Below are positions 61,561 through 64,000 of a stretch of 64,000 nt of DNA, one piece after another. The position numbers were made by a program, and so were the translations under genes. The notes below the pieces were generated by a model, which worked only from the letters and a program-made list of their open reading frames with translations, was not told where the DNA came from and searched no databases. The stretch is from assembly GCA_963806745.1 (NCBI GenBank), contig CAWEAB010000023.1, forward strand, positions 47,063 to 111,062, read 5' to 3'. Origin of the DNA: an uncultured Acidobacteriaceae bacterium. GTDB taxonomy: Bacteria > Acidobacteriota > Terriglobia > Terriglobales > Acidobacteriaceae. Positions within the stretch are counted from its first letter, which is position 1, and each line of letters starts with the position of its first letter.

Positions 61561-61767
61561 CTACTCGATGTACCCCAAGCCGCGCAGGCGCTTCTGAATG
61601 TCTTCCTTCGAGGTGTTGCTCTCGTCCGGCGGAATGATTTTGTTGGTTTCTTTTTCGAGCATGTGGATGACGAATTCGTCGATCGATTCGTATCCGGCTG
61701 CGTCCGAGCACTGTTTTACTTTATCGAGTAGCTCGCCTTCGATTTTTACCTTGTGTGAACCGAACAT
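61561..61767 (-). CDS. 68-aa protein with a ribbon-helix-helix-like pattern
   Basis: HKVKIEG (strand), ELLDKVKQCSDAAGY (helix), SIDEFVIHMLEKE (helix), then a tail ending KRLRGLGYIE. Tightly packed in the operon. The fold assignment is inference only. Confidence 0.5.
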   Translation of the reverse strand: MFGSHKVKIEGELLDKVKQCSDAAGYESIDEFVIHMLEKETNKIIPPDESNTSKEDIQKRLRGLGYIE

Positions 61768-61808
61768 GATTTCCCCTGTTTTCCTTTATTGCTGGCGCTA
61801 CAAATTGC

Positions 61809-63785
61809 TTATCGCGCGTGAAACACCGATTGGCCTTGCATCTCTTTCGTCTTCGCGATACCGTACTCCGCCAAAATCGTCGGCGCAATATCGGTCAGCG
61901 CCGGCGCGTCCAATGCGATCTTGCGATTGCTCAGCAGCACTCCCGGAACTTTTGTGTAATCCATGCAGTGATCGCCGCTCCACGGATTCGTGTTGTCTTC
62001 GAGCACGTCGGGCGGGAACGCGCCCAGAATCGTCGTCCAGCCAGCACGATATCCGCGATTGTATCCAACCAGCGCGTCGGGCCCGCTTTTCGCGTAGGGT
62101 CCTTGATAGACCTCGCTCGCCAAATCAATGCGCGTGATGACCTGTGAATTGTCTTTCGGATCGCGGACGCAAGCAGCTTATCGCGAATCTCGCGCATCAG
62201 AGCGTCGCCCTGCGCGGGATCGACACTGCCGTCTTTTTCGCGGCCCTTCATGTTGACGTAAAGGCCGTTCAGGCCCATGCCGTAGGCGCGGGTGCGGCTC
62301 CAATCGACGCCCGCGAAAGGTTCGTCGCCGGTCGCGTCGGGCTTGCGAACGATGTAGCCGTTATTCAGGAGCCAGGTATTCAGGTTGAACGAACGATGAT
62401 AGGGCGCGAAGCCATGGTCCGAGAGCACGAGCAGCGTCGTGTTCTCATCGAGCTTCGGCAATATCTCGCCGATGACCTGATCGATCTGCTCGTAAAACTC
62501 TTCGAGCGCGCCGCCGTATTGCGCGGCCGCTGGCCGCGTCATAGAGCGGACTTTGCGGGTCGGTGAGCCGCCACATCATGTGCCCGTTGAGATCGAGACT
62601 GGAGAAATAGAAGAAGAAAAATCCCTCGTGGAACTTAGGGAACTCGGCGTCGAAGGCGCGGCGGTGTTCGGAGAGAACGGTGTGCGCCTGCTCCAGATAT
62701 TCCTTGTCGTCGAGTACCGAAACCATGCGGGCCTTCGTATCTTCCGCGATGCCTTGCGTATGGTACTCACCGATCTGGTGCGCGAGGTCGCGCGAGTAAC
62801 TTGTCGGGGTGGAGATCGGCAGCGCTGGATTTTCCGGATCGATATTGATAGGCGAAACGTAAAGCTGGAAGCGGGGGTGCGTCTGCTTGAGGTAAAAGCG
62901 GCAAATGCCCTTTACGTTACCGATGACGGGCATGAGCTGAAACTCGACAGGCAGCCAACCGGTCCACTCGCCCTCTTTGAGCACGAATTTCTGTCCCTGG
63001 AGCTCGATGCGCGCAACCGGTTCCAGCGGGTCGACATCGACAGTGAAGGGTTCCGTCGCTGGCGGTGCGTCTTTCAGGAACGTGTTGTTCGGGCCGAGGA
63101 GATTGCTCGTGACGCGATTATTCTTGACCTCAACTTGGACAATCTCTCCGCCTTCGACGGCGCCGACGGCAGCGGTGGCGTCGTCGGTATAAAAAGTGAA
63201 AGTGCCGTAGGTGCCGCGCAGGTCGGGCGTTCCCATGCCGGAGAGCGTGCGGCCCTTCGCGTCAATCGGCGGAAAATTTGCCGGAATCCGGTAGACGAAA
63301 TTGTGAATGTGGTTCTGGTCAAGAATCTCCCAGAAGGCCGCGCCGTGGCGCAATTGCTCGGCGGAACCGCTGCCCAGGGGAATGACCCACTTTCCAAGAT
63401 TGAAGCTGTGCGCGGGGCCTTCAACCTTCGAGGTCGAAAAATAGGGCTGAAAGGTCTTGGGGTCGCGATGGATGAAGTCAAAGATGCCATGCCCGCCCGC
63501 GTTCATGCCGGTGATCAGATTCGACCAGGCGACCGGGCTTTGCGGCGGAATGCTGGTGGTCAATCGCTTGAACGAGCCTTGCTGCGCCAGCCGGACAAAG
63601 TTCGGCATCTTGCCGTCGGCCATGAATTTCGTCAACAGGTCCGGATCGAGGCCGTCGACGCCGATCACGATCATTTTTCGCGCGTTGGCCGCTCCATGAG
63701 CACGCTCGCAGGAGACGAAAGAGAGCACACTCGCCCCGCACACGACCAGCAGACACACCATCCAAATGTACTTTTTAGTTAACAC
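61809..63785 (-). CDS. Alkaline-phosphatase-superfamily protein, nucleotide pyrophosphatase/phosphodiesterase-like (paralogue B); an internal segment is in another frame (breaks at about 62530 and 62170)
   Basis: GTG 63785 gives MLTKKYIWMVCLLVVCGASVLSFVSC (lipoprotein-like). VIGVDGLDPD, IPPQSPVAWSNLITG; the middle fragment carries VLSDHGF; the last fragment carries WSGDHC. Alignable with paralogue A throughout. The span is 3n. Confidence 0.8.
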
Positions 63786-63849
63786 AGTCAAATCTTGGGT
63801 CAATTCGTGAAGGCCGCAGTGAGCCAACTGCTGGCAAATGGCGCCAGAG

Positions 63850-63865
63850 GATAAGCTATCTTATC
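63850..63865. promoter_or_regulatory. Inverted repeat GATAAG-CTAT-CTTATC in a divergent intergenic region
   Basis: Read directly, about 65 nt upstream of the paralogue-B start and 85 nt upstream of the + strand ORF at 63949. Confidence 0.3.
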
Positions 63866-63948
63866 AGTAAAGCGCTACGCGAGGCAGCACCAATTTGGCC
63901 TAGGGTAACTGCCCGGTAGTCACTCATTCGTTCTTGGACTTAAGCCGC

Positions 63949-64000
63949 ATGAAAAAGCGTCTGCTTTGGACTTTGGTTGTCTTCGCGATGGCATGGCTGG
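63949..64000 (+). CDS. Start of a secreted or membrane protein that runs off the right edge
   Basis: ATG AAAAAGCGT... gives MKKRLLWTLVVFAMAWL, a signal-peptide-like N-terminus. Only 17 codons are visible. Confidence 0.4.
   Translation, partial: MKKRLLWTLVVFAMAWL

Noticed and set aside
49450-63782. Long antisense ORFs 49450-50574 (-), 52325-53275 (+) and 62553-63782 (+). Similar ORFs lie outside this span at 6277-6912 (+) and 1468-2229 (+).
   Set aside because: Each lies opposite a gene with clear family motifs and has no motifs of its own.

Overview
About 58% GC chromosomal DNA, mostly housekeeping. The gene content and the dense, translatable REP-like intergenic repeats suggest an Acidobacteriota-type genome (inference only). 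Recognisable content: clpB (partial) and hsp20; argR-argF-argG-argH with tandem ARG boxes; gyrA; a glnA-like gene plus a SulP transporter; the 5' half of the dcw cluster (mraZ-rsmH-ftsL-ftsI-murE-murF-mraY-murD, then folK) with an MraZ-type operator; an ECF sigma/anti-sigma pair; hfq-hflX. There are also exported peptidases, aminotransferases and small membrane proteins. I found no rRNA, tRNA, CRISPR array, transposase, integrase or phage gene. The main sequence-level observation is about 27 reading-frame breaks in about 18 otherwise intact genes, including essential ones (gyrA, murE, murF, argG, argH, glnA). I localised most of them to single-base indels, several in A/T runs, and one to a 7-bp tandem duplication. 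Features below are therefore given at gene level, with the ORF-track fragments merged. Sequence or assembly error is the most economical explanation. I see no clear novel system. The best candidates for uncharacterised biology are a translationally coupled four-gene operon (two paralogous alkaline-phosphatase-superfamily proteins, a 68-aa RHH-like protein and a membrane protein, 58.5-63.8 kb), a zinc-metallopeptidase/ATP-grasp pair (29.5-31.8 kb), and a repeat-derived in-frame insertion in a metallophosphoesterase gene. Product names come from my reading of translated motifs. No database search was run.
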